A program made the position numbers and the translations under genes. 64,000 bases of DNA from Waterburya sp. (lineage in GTDB: Bacteria > Cyanobacteriota > Cyanobacteriia > Cyanobacteriales > Xenococcaceae). The notes below the pieces were generated by a model that saw only the letters and a program-made list of their open reading frames with translations, was not told the origin of the DNA and made no database searches. Location of the stretch: assembly GCA_965217895.1 (NCBI GenBank), contig CBDCJV010000002.1:3360001-3424000 (forward strand), read 5' to 3'. Shown here one piece after another: positions 62,266 through 64,000 of the stretch; the first letter of the stretch is position 1; every line of letters starts with the position of its first letter.

Positions 62266-62616
62266 CTAGACGCTGCAAGGGATAGAGACTCTTTCTACTG
62301 CTTAAATTCAATTATTAGGTAAGACACATAAGAAAATTAAACACCTTGACGTAAGAATTATCAGACCAAATACAAACAAAAAGAAAAGATTATTATCTTC
62401 ATCAATCTTTCTTAAAAGTTTATTGATTTTTCTGACAAGCTGGTTAATTGACTATAAACTTAACTTAAATAAAATATTTACAGTCGCTACACTTAAACAC
62501 AATTAACTTTCCCCAATCTATTAGTTTCTAGGTTTGTCTTTTCTTCAAACACTCAAAGAGATCTATTTAGTTTTTAAATATCCAGCTAATCTTTTATTTA
62601 TAGAGAATATTCGACT

Positions 62617-64000
62617 ATGGTATCCAGTCTACCCAGCAAAACTATTGCCCCTCTTCAGCCGACAACAAAAACTAAGCACGATCCCCTCAAAACTGCTCAA
62701 GGAGTATACATTACTGTTCACGGACATTTTTATCAGCCGCCGAGAGAAAACCCCTACCTCAATACAATTGAGAGGCAACCTAGCGCGCATCCATATCATG
62801 ATTGGAATGAACGCATCCATCATGAATGCTATCGTCCTAATGCTTTTGCCCGCATCCTCAATCATCAACGAGAAGTGGTGGGGATCGTTAATAACTTTGA
62901 ATATCTCAGCTTTAATATCGGTGCGACTTTGATGTCGTGGTTAGAAAAATACGATCCCGAAGTCTATCAACGCATACTAGAGGCGGACAAAAAAAGTTGC
63001 CAAAGACTAAACGGACACGGCAATGCGATCGCCCAGGTTTATAATCACATTATTCTCCCCTTGGCAAATCAGCGGGATAAAATTACGCAAATTCGCTGGG
63101 GGAAAGAAGATTTTCGCGATCGCTTTGGGCGCGATCCCGAAGGGATGTGGTTAGCGGAAACTGCCGTTGATTACCAAACTTTAGAAGTATTAATTGATGA
63201 AAAGATCGAGTTTATTATTCTTGCTCCTTCTCAAGCACAAAGATGTCGCTTGATGTCTACCAAAAAAGAAAGCGAATGGCAAGAAGTAGGAAGTTCGCAG
63301 ATAGATCCTACTCGCCCCTATCGTTGCTTTGTAGATGAACGCTATATTGACATTTTCTTTTATGATGGTCCTATCTCTCGCGATATGGGCTTTAACGATG
63401 TTCTCGAAACAACAGATAATTTTGTCACCAGATTAGGACAAGCTATAAAAAGAGATGAGGATCGGCGTCCTTCTCAATTAATCAACGTTGCTACCGATGG
63501 TGAAACCTTTGGACATCACAAAGGTGGAACTGAAAAATGCCTTGCCTATGCCTTCAAGCAAGAATTTGTCAACTATGGCTGGACGGTTACTAACTATGCT
63601 CACTATCTTAGTATTTGTCCTCCTACCTGGGAAGTTGTTCTCAAGCCTGTAACAGCCTGGAGTTGCGCCCATGGAGTCGATCGCTGGCAAGATGATTGTG
63701 GCTGCGCTGGTGGTGGCGGTTGGCATCAAAAATGGCGTAAACCGCTGCGAGATTCTTTAGACTGGCTACGGGATCGATTAGTAACGATATATCAAGAGGC
63801 AGGAAGCAAGTTTTTCCGCGATCCTTGGCTTACTAGAAATGAATATATTGAGGTGCTGCGCGATCGCTCTTCGGCAAATATCGAGCAGTTTTTACAGCGT
63901 CATCAGCAAAAAGAATTATCCTCCCCAGAGAGAATTGACGCTTTACGCCTACTAGAAATGCAGCGTCATACACTGCTGATGTATACAAGCTGCGGCTGGT
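62617..64000 (+). CDS. Glycoside hydrolase family 57 / DUF3536 protein (partial, runs off the window; not in the ORF track)
   Basis: HGHFYQPPRENP, YNHIILPLA, GMWLAETAV, ATDGETFGHH, WSCAHGVDRW, LLMYTSCGW. Confidence 0.92.
   Translation, partial: MVSSLPSKTIAPLQPTTKTKHDPLKTAQGVYITVHGHFYQPPRENPYLNTIERQPSAHPYHDWNERIHHECYRPNAFARILNHQREVVGIVNNFEYLSFNIGATLMSWLEKYDPEVYQRILEADKKSCQRLNGHGNAIAQVYNHIILPLANQRDKITQIRWGKEDFRDRFGRDPEGMWLAETAVDYQTLEVLIDEKIEFIILAPSQAQRCRLMSTKKESEWQEVGSSQIDPTRPYRCFVDERYIDIFFYDGPISRDMGFNDVLETTDNFVTRLGQAIKRDEDRRPSQLINVATDGETFGHHKGGTEKCLAYAFKQEFVNYGWTVTNYAHYLSICPPTWEVVLKPVTAWSCAHGVDRWQDDCGCAGGGGWHQKWRKPLRDSLDWLRDRLVTIYQEAGSKFFRDPWLTRNEYIEVLRDRSSANIEQFLQRHQQKELSSPERIDALRLLEMQRHTLLMYTSCGW

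Noticed and set aside
62534..63729. Track ORFs 62534-62932, 62629-62868 and 63478-63729
   Set aside because: These are shadow frames of the GH57/DUF3536 gene starting at 62617.

Overview
AT-rich cyanobacterial chromosome segment. Evidence: dense HIP1 GCGATCGC sites, ccmK3/K4, psbP, psb34, psaK, hli, ndhD and cugP. Housekeeping genes (cbiX behind a cobalamin riboswitch, ABC1 kinase, scpA, recR, gor, gdhA, trpF, ribBA, GH57) alternate with accessory blocks. (1) A candidate polymorphic toxin locus at 41.1-47.1 kb: frameshifted DUF4347 His/Cys domain, 41-aa repeats, a hydrophobic helix and a nuclease-like C-terminus, then one cognate and two orphan immunity-like genes, each orphan preceded by a mini-ORF that may be a collapsed toxin gene. 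(2) A SynDLP-type dynamin followed by four KGK genes and an HNH nuclease, divergent from two GIY-YIG genes. (3) A coupled Ser/Thr kinase, GTPase and unknown-protein operon in which two products end in -WF. (4) A merR/SDR cassette bounded by ~90-bp direct repeats, next to a broken ISKra4-like element and a TolC pseudogene. (5) A 5'-truncated group II intron fused to the ribBA 3' end and split by a 150-bp MITE with a 3-bp TNA target duplication. recR appears to start at ATT. No CRISPR array, tRNA or rRNA gene was recognised. All family calls come from motif recognition by eye; no database search was run.
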